52,326 nt of DNA from Thermoplasmatota archaeon (GTDB lineage Archaea; Thermoplasmatota; E2; DHVEG-1). How positions within the stretch are numbered: the first letter of the stretch is position 1; each line of letters opens with the position of its first letter. Below, in pieces: positions 1-9,413 of this stretch. Where the stretch lies: the NCBI GenBank assembly GCA_046496795.1, contig JAWOGM010000001.1, positions 1-52,326 of the forward strand, written 5' to 3'. Under the pieces are notes generated by a model. The model saw only the letters and a list, made by a program, of their open reading frames with translations. It was not told where the DNA came from and made no database searches. Position numbers and translations under genes: made by a program.

Positions 1-372
1 TATGTAAGTGGAATGATTGGTGGTGGACAGGAGAAAACACCGACGGTTTCATTAACACCAGATAATACAAACAGCAGAGCAAGGATTGCCAGTGCTGATC
101 CAAATATTCTTTGGAGCAATTTCCAGATACAAGCATCAGAACAAGTAAATGCTTCTCATTCATTAGACGACGACCAAGTGGATATTTTAACAACAGCCAC
201 AAGTATTGGCGATCTTTGGTCTGTAGGACCTGGCGACACAGTTACGGCAGGAGATTATATTCAACTACACCACTTAGATTCTGGTGAATCTGGTTCTGTT
301 ACTATAACACTAATATATAGACCAACAAACGCCATTGCAGGCTCAGTTACAGTCTTTGTTCCTGCTCCATAA
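1..372 (+). CDS. Archaeal type IV pilin (DUF1628-like), 5'-truncated by window edge
   Basis: Frame is open from position 1 (YVSGMIGGG..), matching the end of a pilin hydrophobic helix. It parallels the next gene (YFTGMIGG, W-x-[NE], VTAG[DN], 'ITLIYRPTN' vs 'ITFRHLPSN'). Confidence 0.8.
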   Translation, partial: YVSGMIGGGQEKTPTVSLTPDNTNSRARIASADPNILWSNFQIQASEQVNASHSLDDDQVDILTTATSIGDLWSVGPGDTVTAGDYIQLHHLDSGESGSVTITLIYRPTNAIAGSVTVFVPAP

Positions 373-503
373 ACATAAATCTATCTCTTTCTTTTTCTTT
401 ATTTTTATCATTATCCAATTAATCTCTAGAGTTATACCTACACTTTAGGAATTAATATAATAAATAAAAAACCTAAAATCTTTGTTTAAAGGGATGCTCG
501 CCA

Positions 504-923
504 ATGAAAGCAAACAAAAAAAGCCATAAAGAGGATGACCAGGCAGTATCTGCAGTCTTAGGAGTTATTCTTATGGTCGCAATAAGTGCTGCCATCGCAG
601 CAGTTTCCTTTGCATACTTTACTGGAATGATAGGAGGCGCTGAAGAGGCAGTACCCGTAATCGCCTTCATACCTAATCAATCACAAAACACCCTCACTGT
701 ATCAAATGCTGAACCCAATACCAAATGGGCTGAAATAGAAATCATTTTTACAAACTTAACAGGTTACTCTGAAACTCTAACCAAAAACGGTATTGTCACA
801 GCAGGAAACGTCATAAACCTTAATACGGATCAGTCACTCACCGGAACAGTTGAAATCACCTTCAGACATCTCCCTAGTAATACATTGCTTAGTGAATCAT
901 TTACCTTCCAAAACGTGGGCTAA
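504..923 (+). CDS. Archaeal type IV pilin (DUF1628 / Pilin_N)
   Basis: Charged leader followed by AVSAVLGVILMVAISAAIAA, the conserved archaeal pilin N-terminal H-domain. Confidence 0.9.
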   Translation: MKANKKSHKEDDQAVSAVLGVILMVAISAAIAAVSFAYFTGMIGGAEEAVPVIAFIPNQSQNTLTVSNAEPNTKWAEIEIIFTNLTGYSETLTKNGIVTAGNVINLNTDQSLTGTVEITFRHLPSNTLLSESFTFQNVG

Positions 924-1065
924 ATTGTTACCTTTTAAGTATTTCTTTTTTAGTTCAAAAAACATCAGTTGGTAATAATTACAAGATATATCGCATTCAT
1001 TTTTTTATACAGTAAATATTTTTATACACAAAACCATGTGATAGTATAATGTATAGAGGATAAGC

Positions 1066-1464
1066 ATGTCAATAAAACAAAAAAATGCAAAAAATATTGC
1101 ACTCCTTGCAGGAATACTACTTCTGATATCAGGTGTGAGCGGCGCGGCAACCTGGCAGGCGATACGAGATTTTGTTACCCACATTTTCTATCAAAATATT
1201 ATCCTTGAAATTATCTTCGTTATCCTAATCTTTATTGCATCTCTTGGCGGTATTTCAGTAATTATTGGCGGTCTACTTATTGGAAAAAACAAGGCAAGAA
1301 CAGGTAAATTCTTTATCATGCTTGGAGCGGGTATGGGACTGATTGGTTTATTTGTATCAATCCTTGTTGCTCTTGTTCAACAAAGTTTTACTATCGCAAG
1401 TTTTTTCTCTGTAGGAACCCTTGGAATACTACTTTCCATTCTTGCACGAATAATAACAAAGTAG
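1066..1464 (+). CDS. Small 4-TM membrane protein, unknown function
   Basis: 132 aa with four Gly-rich hydrophobic segments; GAGG SD-like element upstream. Confidence 0.75.
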   Translation: MSIKQKNAKNIALLAGILLLISGVSGAATWQAIRDFVTHIFYQNIILEIIFVILIFIASLGGISVIIGGLLIGKNKARTGKFFIMLGAGMGLIGLFVSILVALVQQSFTIASFFSVGTLGILLSILARIITK

Positions 1465-1496
1465 CACATGAAAAGACTGATTTCCTTCAATAAGTA

Positions 1497-2711
1497 TCAA
1501 TATAAGACCAAAACCAAGAAAAACAGCAGAAACCCTGACTCAGTTTTTGTTATATCTCCAGCACTCCCAGTAATCTCTATGGGACCAAAGCCCAAGGGGA
1601 TAGTATTGACCAATTCATCTTCATCAGGTCCTAAATCACTAATAGTTCCTGATTTGCTATCTCCAGAAAAAACCATAGAGCCAGTTACCTCGATGCTCCA
1701 GTCAACATCGGTTATATTGGTTTCCCCTAAATTCATAATCAGCATAGAAACCCCGAGACCTCCAAGGAATTCAATAACTATTTGACTAGGTTTTTTAATG
1801 GTAAAGACCACGGTTTGCTGCTCCTCAATATTACCACAGAAATCAACAGAGTAAAACAAAAGGGTATGTTCTCCATCTTCTGAGACAACAAATGATTCAC
1901 TATATTCAGTCCAATTCTCATCATTGAGTTTATACAGGGTATAGTTGACGCCAGATCCAAAAGGACCATCATCAGCATGCAGGCTTACCGTGACGTTTGA
2001 CACATAGATATCATCTTCCATGGTTCCGTTGAGCTCAACGGTTGTCACAGGGGGTTCAAATTCTTCTGCTTTCACCCGAATATTCCAGTTACAATCCAGT
2101 CCAAAATCAGGAAGCCATAACCAGTCACCCATCACATAAAACCATGAGCTTTTATTAGCTACAGAGGGGCCATTATCAGCACCCAAGGGATGATCCAAAT
2201 CATCGTGTGTTACCTCGATTCCCACCCAGAGCTCATCAGAACCATTAATAACCAGTTGTTCATCCAGCTCAATTTCATACCATCCTTGACTTGTTGGATA
2301 AGAAAATTGTTTTGATACAATGACATCACCAGGTGTTGTTGAGTTTCCTTCTTCATAGATTTTTAAAAAACTAGAGGAAATGTTAAACTCAGCAGTAGCA
2401 TAAAATTTAACCGTTGTAATATTCCACGTAGCATATGAGCCAAACTCATCAGCAGTTAACCGAATAGCAGCTTCAAATGTTCCACTACCATTTAAACCAA
2501 TTGAAACAGCGTTATCTCCATCATAATGAATCCAAAATTCTTCTCTGTTGCTTGCTTGCGGTAAAGCCTCACCAATTGATGCATCTGAGATCTGGAAAAA
2601 GAGTTCATTCTCACTTGGTAGTGCTGCACCAGCAAAACTCGAGGCAATCAGTACTAAAATACTGAGAAAGACACCAGCTTTTGTTAGAGAATATACATTT
2701 TTTTGTTTCAT
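1497..2711 (-). CDS. Secreted/surface protein with OmpL47-type/Ig-like beta domain and hydrophobic C-terminal domain
   Basis: Signal peptide (..ILVLIASSFAGA), acidic beta-rich body, PPVTT..SGVNYTLY..W..Y..DGEHTLLFYSVD.CGNIEE repeat-type domain. Start is ATG 2711 or 2747. Confidence 0.75.
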   Translation of the reverse strand: MKQKNVYSLTKAGVFLSILVLIASSFAGAALPSENELFFQISDASIGEALPQASNREEFWIHYDGDNAVSIGLNGSGTFEAAIRLTADEFGSYATWNITTVKFYATAEFNISSSFLKIYEEGNSTTPGDVIVSKQFSYPTSQGWYEIELDEQLVINGSDELWVGIEVTHDDLDHPLGADNGPSVANKSSWFYVMGDWLWLPDFGLDCNWNIRVKAEEFEPPVTTVELNGTMEDDIYVSNVTVSLHADDGPFGSGVNYTLYKLNDENWTEYSESFVVSEDGEHTLLFYSVDFCGNIEEQQTVVFTIKKPSQIVIEFLGGLGVSMLIMNLGETNITDVDWSIEVTGSMVFSGDSKSGTISDLGPDEDELVNTIPLGFGPIEITGSAGDITKTESGFLLFFLVLVLY

Positions 2712-2964
2712 AGGAAATCCGCTTCTAATCACTTTTTTATCACCCATTTGTAACGCTATAATTTACAATAGATATTAAGCATTAGCAACTATATAATATT
2801 TTTGTATTAGTATAATTAGTATGATTATTATGATAATAATATATAAGGCTAAAACCATGATATATAAAAGGAAACAACAAAAAACATTTTATTGAGTATA
2901 TGATAGGAAAAAAGCAGCAATAAATCATAAAACAATCCATAAAAAACTAAAAAAAGATATAATG

Positions 2965-2987
2965 AGCGGGAGTATTCCCGCTTTTTT
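2965..2987. terminator. GC-rich hairpin with T tract, putative terminator or stabiliser downstream of the fasciclin gene
   Basis: AGCGGGA-gtat-TCCCGCT is a perfect 7-bp stem, followed by a T run on the + strand, in a very AT-rich spacer. Confidence 0.45.
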
Positions 2988-3017
2988 ATTGATGCTTATT
3001 CGATTGTAGAGCGTTGT

Positions 3018-3950
3018 TTATGGAACAAGCACTGCATTGATGACGTGGATGACACCGTTACTGCATTCAATATCCGCAAGTATCACTTGGGCATCATTGA
3101 CAAAGACATTACCATCATCATCTATGGTGATGGTGATAGTTGTTCCTTCAACTGTTTCCACTGTCATATTATCACTAAGATCAGTAGACATAACCTTGTC
3201 TAAAACCACATGATAGGTCAATATCTTTGTCAGATTTGCGGTATCATTGTTCACCAGATCTGCAAGAAATTCGGGATCAAGAGCTTCAAATGCGGCATCA
3301 GTTGGGGCAAACACAGTAAATTGGGCATCCTCATTACCTAATGTATCAGCAAGATCAGCGGCGACAACCGCAGTGACTAATGTCTCAAAGTCGTCCTCTT
3401 CAATAGCAGTCTCAACAATATTATTCTTTGGAACGATGACTGTGTCAATAACATGGATAACACCATTACTGCATTCAATATCTGCAGTGGTGACCATTGC
3501 GTTATCAATATACACATTACCGTTCTGAATTGTTACCGTGATATGTTTTCCCTGCACGGTTTTCACTCTCATGCCGTCGCTAAGGTCTGTTGACATGACC
3601 GTTCCAGGTATAACATGATAGGTCAATATCTTTTCAAGAGTTGCGGTATCATTGTTCACCAGATATGCAAGATATTCAGAATCCAGCGCTTCAAATGCTT
3701 CATCAGTTGGGGCAAACACTGTGAACTGCTTGGTTTCATCACTGAGGGTTCCGTCAAGTCCAGCGGCAACAACCGCGTCGACAAGAATATTAAAATCATC
3801 GCTTTCAATCGCTGTATCAACGATATTATTCAACTCAGGTTCAGGTTCTGTTTCCTCAACACATCCGCTTAATGCTCCTACTGTCAACAGTATACAAATT
3901 AGTACTGATAGTACACCAGCCTTTTTATTGGTTTTATATAATCTCCCCAT
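3018..3950 (-). CDS. Lipoprotein with two tandem fasciclin (FAS1) domains
   Basis: Lipobox-like ALSG-C. Each half carries the FAS1 motifs FTVFAPTDxAF, KILTYHV and DIECSNGVIHVI. Confidence 0.93.
   Translation of the reverse strand: MGRLYKTNKKAGVLSVLICILLTVGALSGCVEETEPEPELNNIVDTAIESDDFNILVDAVVAAGLDGTLSDETKQFTVFAPTDEAFEALDSEYLAYLVNNDTATLEKILTYHVIPGTVMSTDLSDGMRVKTVQGKHITVTIQNGNVYIDNAMVTTADIECSNGVIHVIDTVIVPKNNIVETAIEEDDFETLVTAVVAADLADTLGNEDAQFTVFAPTDAAFEALDPEFLADLVNNDTANLTKILTYHVVLDKVMSTDLSDNMTVETVEGTTITITIDDDGNVFVNDAQVILADIECSNGVIHVINAVLVP
3208..3664. repeat. Intragenic direct repeat, 405-nt period (FAS1 duplication)
   Basis: Identical blocks TTGCGGTATCATTGTTCACCAGAT at 3236 and 3641, and ACATGATAGGTCAATATCTTT at 3208 and 3613. 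Confidence 0.9.
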
Positions 3951-4119
3951 GGTTATCTATCCTCGATATTCACCTTCTATAGGGTAAGGTTTATCGTTAT
4001 ATACCAATCATTGTTTAATAACTTTTTCATTTTTACAGGGTAATTCATGGAAATTTCATGATGTTAAAAACTCTACGCATGAATGAAATCCATTAATCAA
4101 CAGACAAGATTCCTTTTTT

Positions 4120-5091
4120 TTATTGTAAAAACTTTATTATCTCCTGTACAAAAGCATCTGTCTGATTTTTGGGGACAATCGCCCCCAGCACTTCTTTTTT
4201 ACCACCACATTTAAACCCAAGGCTTTTCCCACGGGCAATCAAGGGCTGTACATCTTTTGAGCTACGTACATATAATTCATCTGAATCAGGGAAAAAACCT
4301 GTATTAATAACAACAGTATCTTTTTTTGTCTCCCAGGAGATACGACGGGTTATTGTTGATATGATACTATAAGAAGTATGAATCTTTTTTAAAAGAAGTC
4401 CATTGATTTCTTGAATAGAAGTCTTGAGTTGCTTTGAGATTTCTTCATTTATTTTAGAGAGATTTTTATTCCATGTTGGATGATTCAGAATTTCAATAGA
4501 TTTTTGTATGGTTAACAAATATCGTGGCATTGCTTCTATTTCTGCTTTATCACCTATCTTATAATTGGAATCAATTAAATGAACCATGGATAAAAGATCA
4601 TCAAATAAAACATTGTTTTTTGAACAAAAGTCATTAATAATTTTCATAAAAACAGTATTATTCATGATGCGTTGTTCATGATCACCTACAACACCAAGAA
4701 GCGCAAATAAATTTACCTGGTTTTGTAAATAATCATTAATAATCCATGAAGCTGATGGATACATACTAGGATTTCCTCCTTTTATTATGGGGTTATAATG
4801 AAAAACTTCATCAATTACTGGCCCAAGATGATGATCAAAAATGCATACCTGACCTTGCTTTGAAAGATATAAAATATTTTCTTTAGGTAAAGACATATCA
4901 GCAACAATAAAATAATCATAGATTTGATATTGTTCCAATTCCTGTTGAGTAAGATAAAAATTACCGAGTATCGGTGTTTTGTTTGTGATATTATTGTTTT
5001 TTAAATGTTCAAGCAATAATCGTGCGGAACAGATACCATCGGTATCCCAGTGATGAATTAACAATCCTTTTCCTTGTAATTTATCCAACAT
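4120..5091 (-). CDS. DHH family phosphoesterase (DHH/DHHA1)
   Basis: Motifs HHWDTDG, VAD, DHH, GVVGD, and C-terminal CGGK..VLG. Confidence 0.85.
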   Translation of the reverse strand: MLDKLQGKGLLIHHWDTDGICSARLLLEHLKNNNITNKTPILGNFYLTQQELEQYQIYDYFIVADMSLPKENILYLSKQGQVCIFDHHLGPVIDEVFHYNPIIKGGNPSMYPSASWIINDYLQNQVNLFALLGVVGDHEQRIMNNTVFMKIINDFCSKNNVLFDDLLSMVHLIDSNYKIGDKAEIEAMPRYLLTIQKSIEILNHPTWNKNLSKINEEISKQLKTSIQEINGLLLKKIHTSYSIISTITRRISWETKKDTVVINTGFFPDSDELYVRSSKDVQPLIARGKSLGFKCGGKKEVLGAIVPKNQTDAFVQEIIKFLQ

Positions 5092-5329
5092 AACATAAAT
5101 CTCCTTAAAATCTGGATGACTATACTCTATTACAGATCATGGGCATATATTGCTATTGTTTTAATGTTTTTTCTAATAACACATCATAAAAAGTATACCA
5201 TTCCAATGTTATGGGATATAGGTGGTTAAATCAAGCAATAAATCAAAAACAAAAATACACATGAGTATCTCGTAAAATATTTTTTAAAAATCATTACTTT
5301 AATATGCTTGCTCAGTATTCAGAGAGGAT

Positions 5330-6055
5330 ATGCTAGAAAATGGGATGATACTAGACTTAATACGACTTATTACCGGAACAATAATTCTGTCTTATGCATC
5401 ATTTACTGATATCAAAACACGTCGTGCATCAAACTTTCTTTGGGTTATCATGGGAGCTATTGGAGCTATTCTCCTTGTAGTACAATACCTCATAGATGGA
5501 TTTGATAACCTTTTTTATCTGTTATTTATTCCTATAATGATAGGGCTGATGTACACTCTTTTTCAACTACGCCTTATCTTTGGAGGAGCAGATGCAAAAG
5601 CCTTAATGGCTCTTGCCATACTGGTCCCTGTTAAGCCAGAAATTGCACAAATCCCAATACTTGAAGGCACACTCATTTCAATGCCAGGATCATGGATTAT
5701 ATTTTCAAATTCAATTCTGATATTTCTATTAATACCGTTGAGCCTGTTGATCTATAATATTGCAAAAAGAGAAATCAAGTTTCCCTATTCACTGTTAGGC
5801 TATAAGACCAGTATTGAAAAAGCAAAAAAAACCTTTATCTGGCCTCTTGAAAAAATAAGGGAGGGTAAACGCAAATTTAGTTATATGCCTAAAGAATTTG
5901 ATATGACCAAAGAACTAAATATTTTTGAAGAACATGGCATCAAAACCATCTGGGTCACACCTAAAATTCCTTTTATGATACCACTACTGGCAGGTTTTAT
6001 TACTACTTTTTTATTTGGAGATCTGCTCTCCGAGTTACTCAAAATATTTATGTAA
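5330..6055 (+). CDS. Prepilin/prearchaellin peptidase (A24, FlaK/PibD-like)
   Basis: Polytopic membrane protein with SFTD and FGGADAK aspartyl motifs and the C-terminal WVTPKIPFMIPL signature. Confidence 0.92.
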   Translation: MLENGMILDLIRLITGTIILSYASFTDIKTRRASNFLWVIMGAIGAILLVVQYLIDGFDNLFYLLFIPIMIGLMYTLFQLRLIFGGADAKALMALAILVPVKPEIAQIPILEGTLISMPGSWIIFSNSILIFLLIPLSLLIYNIAKREIKFPYSLLGYKTSIEKAKKTFIWPLEKIREGKRKFSYMPKEFDMTKELNIFEEHGIKTIWVTPKIPFMIPLLAGFITTFLFGDLLSELLKIFM

Positions 6056-6154
6056 TAATATCCTACAAACCCTGATATCTTTACCTTTTTTACAGAAATA
6101 AGAAAAAATCATCATAAAAATGATATACTACTTTTTGTTTAACACTCGCAGACT

Positions 6155-7246
6155 ATGGTAAAGGAAGATTATTACAAAATTCTTAATGTTGACAGAAATG
6201 CAAGTAAATCTGATATAAAAAAAGCGTATAGAAAACTTGCATTGAAATACCATCCTGATAAAAACAAGGAAAAAGAGGCTGAGGAAAAATTCAAGCAGAT
6301 TTCTGAAGCATATGCGGTACTATATGATGATGAAAAAAGAGCGATGTACGATAGATATGGCCATGACGGGATCGATCAGCGATATAGCTCTGAGGATATT
6401 TTCCGTGGAGGAGATTTTGGCGATATTTTCAAGGGTATGGGATTTGGTTTTGATGATATCTTTGAACAATTTTTCGGTCATCGAAGAGGATTTTCAAACC
6501 GACAGCAAACACAGCGTGGAAGAGACCTTCGATTTGATATGGAGATACGTCTAGAAGATGCCTATAAAGGAGTTGAAACTGAGATTCGTATACCACGAAC
6601 AGAGCTTTGTGATAATTGTAAAGGTTCTGGTGCACGACCTGGGTCCAAACCAATAAAATGTCGTCAGTGCGGTGGGAGCGGACAGATGCGTGTATCTCAG
6701 CGAACCGCTTTTGGTGTCTTTACTCAGGTGGGAACATGTCAAAAATGTCAAGGCAGTGGTACACTTATTGAAAATCCATGTCCTGAGTGCCGAGGAAGAG
6801 GTACGGTGCAAAAAACACGAATGATTGATTTAAAGATACCTGCAGGAGTTGATGATGGATCCCAATTACGTCTTACAGGACAAGGAGAACAGATTGGAAA
6901 AGGCGGCACAGGTGGTGATTTATATGTTGTTATCCATATTAAAAAACATCCTAAATTTACGCGCAGAGGATCTGACTTATTCCAAAGATTAAATATTTCA
7001 TTTCCGCAAGCAGCATTAGGATCAAAAATAGATGTTGATACTATTGGAGGATCTGAAAAATTAAAAATACCTAGTGGAACTGAAAGTGGAGATGTTTTTA
7101 AGTTGTCAGGAAAAGGTATGCCCCGATTACATGGACGTGGTTATGGTGACATGTATGTTGAGGTTCATATAAAAACACCCAAGAAATTAAGTAGACATGC
7201 AAAAAAATTAATTGAAGAATTAGAATCAGAAATAGACGAAAGTTAA
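6155..7246 (+). CDS. dnaJ: Chaperone DnaJ
   Basis: J-domain with HPD, G/F-rich linker, four CxxCxGxG zinc motifs and C-terminal domain. Confidence 0.98.
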   Translation: MVKEDYYKILNVDRNASKSDIKKAYRKLALKYHPDKNKEKEAEEKFKQISEAYAVLYDDEKRAMYDRYGHDGIDQRYSSEDIFRGGDFGDIFKGMGFGFDDIFEQFFGHRRGFSNRQQTQRGRDLRFDMEIRLEDAYKGVETEIRIPRTELCDNCKGSGARPGSKPIKCRQCGGSGQMRVSQRTAFGVFTQVGTCQKCQGSGTLIENPCPECRGRGTVQKTRMIDLKIPAGVDDGSQLRLTGQGEQIGKGGTGGDLYVVIHIKKHPKFTRRGSDLFQRLNISFPQAALGSKIDVDTIGGSEKLKIPSGTESGDVFKLSGKGMPRLHGRGYGDMYVEVHIKTPKKLSRHAKKLIEELESEIDES

Positions 7247-7261
7247 CAAAAAGTTTATATA
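7246..7261 (+). promoter_or_regulatory. Putative archaeal BRE/TATA promoter for hsp20
   Basis: Purine-rich ACAAAAAG directly followed by TTTATATA (7254-7261), ~50 nt before the ATG. Confidence 0.5.
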
Positions 7262-7309
7262 CGAGTTCATATAAGTAATATTGTGAAAAATGTAGGGGAA
7301 TAATAAAAA

Positions 7310-7876
7310 ATGGACATATTTGATGAAGATAAAAATAGAAGAAGAAAAAACCCATTCGACGAGTTTAATATAGATGATGAATTCTTTAGAGATTTGTTTA
7401 GTAACGATAAGTTACGAGAAGACATCAAGAGAATGACAGAAGAAATGATGAAGATGTTTTCAAACTCACAGACCGGTAAACCATTTGTGAGAGGATTTAA
7501 GGTTCAATTCGACCAAGATGGAAAACCAATAGTTGAAGATTTTAACAATAAATCACTACATACTCCAAAAGGAAAACAAATGATATCTGATGAACGTGAA
7601 CCTTTAACCGATATTATTGAAGGAGACAACACCATTGCAGTAACCGTTGAGATACCTGGAATAGAAAAAGAAGATATCGATTTAAACATTATCGACGATA
7701 AACTAGATATAACTGTTAACTCCGAACAGCGAAAATACCATAAAAAAATTAATTTACCAGGTAAAGTAAAACCAAAATCTACCAAAGCAACCTATAAAAA
7801 TGGCATACTTGACATTGTCATCGAAAAAAAGGATAAGAAAAAAGGCGGATCTGGCTATAAAGTCAGTATCGAATAA
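7310..7876 (+). CDS. hsp20: Archaeal small heat shock protein Hsp20
   Basis: Alpha-crystallin domain (EREPLTD, VEIPGIEKEDI, KATYKNGILDI) with the archaeal N-terminal arm. Confidence 0.95.
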   Translation: MDIFDEDKNRRRKNPFDEFNIDDEFFRDLFSNDKLREDIKRMTEEMMKMFSNSQTGKPFVRGFKVQFDQDGKPIVEDFNNKSLHTPKGKQMISDEREPLTDIIEGDNTIAVTVEIPGIEKEDIDLNIIDDKLDITVNSEQRKYHKKINLPGKVKPKSTKATYKNGILDIVIEKKDKKKGGSGYKVSIE

Positions 7877-7965
7877 ATTTTTTCTCCATATTTTTTTTAA
7901 TAAATCTAGGGCATACTAAACTTTATGTAGCCCATACATTATGTAAATGATTACGGGGAAGTATT

Positions 7966-9378
7966 GTGGTTCAACTCACGTTCCATGGTGGAGTAAATGA
8001 AATCGGAGGGAACAAAATCCTTCTTGAAGATGGCGATACAAAAATATTTTTAGATTTTGGAATGAGTTTTACCAAAAGAGGTTTGTATTTTGAAGAGTTT
8101 GTAACCCCAAGAACGGCTAATGGAATTGGTGATTTTTTAGCCATGAATCTCATTCCAGATATTTCTGGTGTGTATCGAACCGATTTACTTCAACATCAAA
8201 AAAGAGAGGCAAAGGATCCTTCTATTGCCGGGGTATTATTATCTCATGCCCATGCAGACCATGCTAATTATATCTCTTTTCTGCATCAGAACATTCCCAT
8301 TTATTGCGGTCAGACATGTAAAAAAATTCTGGATGCTGTTGATGAACAAAGTCAGCGTAGCATTGAAAGCGAAGTCATAAATTTCAAAGAGAGACCAATT
8401 TATCGAGATAATCGTCGTAAACCACCTATACAGCGCACATTTCACACCTTTCGAACAAATACAAAAATTAATATTGATTCTTTAGAGATTCGCCCGATTC
8501 ATGTGGATCACTCAGTTCCAGGAGCATATGGATTTATTATCCATACCTCTAAAGGAGCAGTTGTTTATACCGGAGATCTTCGGATGCATGGACTTCATGC
8601 AGAAATGACAAAGGATTTTATTACCGCCGCTGAAGAATCAAAACCTATCGCTATGATTACTGAAGGAACACGAATTGATGTGAAACACTCAAATGAATCT
8701 GAACAAAACGTCTTTGAACAATCAAAACAGCATCTGTTACATACAAAACATTTTTCTATTGTTGATTTTAATTTTAAAGATATCGATCGTTTTACAACAT
8801 TTTATAATCTAGCAAAAAAACTAAACAAGAAATTGGTAATCAGTTTTCGCCATGCCTGTTTTTTAGATAAGTATCATCAAGATAAATCATTAAATGCTCC
8901 AGAGAGTACTGATGAGTATATTATGTTGTTAAAACCAAAAAGGCTTACAGGCACATATATAGCGGAGGATTATGTTGAAAAATATATTAAAAAAAGACTG
9001 AATTATCCTAATATTATTACTGCAGAAGAAATTGCAAAAAATCCGTTAAAATACATAATTGTATTAAATTATTGGTACTTTCAAACCCTTATTGATCTGA
9101 ACCCAAAAAAGGGACTATATATCCATTCACTTTCTGAGCCGTTTAATGAAGAAATGGAGATATCTGCAGATCGTATGAATCACTGGCTTAATCATTTTAA
9201 TCTTAAATTTATCCAGGCTCATTGTTCGGGTCATATCTATGGTGGAGAGTTAAAAAAGATCATTCAAAAAATAAACCCAAAAACATTATTTCCTATTCAT
9301 ACCGAGCAGCCTGAACTGTTTAAAAAAATTGTTGACTCAGTCCAGATGGTTAAAGAACAAAAAGTGTATAAACTCTAG
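7966..9378 (+). CDS. Metallo-beta-lactamase/beta-CASP family nuclease (RNase J-related)
   Basis: GGVNEIGGN, LDFG, LSHAHADH, VDHS, YTGD, EGT, HCSGH and PIHTE motifs. Confidence 0.88.
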   Translation: MVQLTFHGGVNEIGGNKILLEDGDTKIFLDFGMSFTKRGLYFEEFVTPRTANGIGDFLAMNLIPDISGVYRTDLLQHQKREAKDPSIAGVLLSHAHADHANYISFLHQNIPIYCGQTCKKILDAVDEQSQRSIESEVINFKERPIYRDNRRKPPIQRTFHTFRTNTKINIDSLEIRPIHVDHSVPGAYGFIIHTSKGAVVYTGDLRMHGLHAEMTKDFITAAEESKPIAMITEGTRIDVKHSNESEQNVFEQSKQHLLHTKHFSIVDFNFKDIDRFTTFYNLAKKLNKKLVISFRHACFLDKYHQDKSLNAPESTDEYIMLLKPKRLTGTYIAEDYVEKYIKKRLNYPNIITAEEIAKNPLKYIIVLNYWYFQTLIDLNPKKGLYIHSLSEPFNEEMEISADRMNHWLNHFNLKFIQAHCSGHIYGGELKKIIQKINPKTLFPIHTEQPELFKKIVDSVQMVKEQKVYKL

Positions 9379-9413
9379 GATGTATTAATCTATCAGTTTT
9401 CGGGGTATAAAAA

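Noticed and set aside
4045-4061. Imperfect palindrome TCATGGAAATTTCATGA upstream of the fasciclin gene
   Set aside because: Single AT-rich occurrence with no second copy noticed, so it cannot be supported as an operator.
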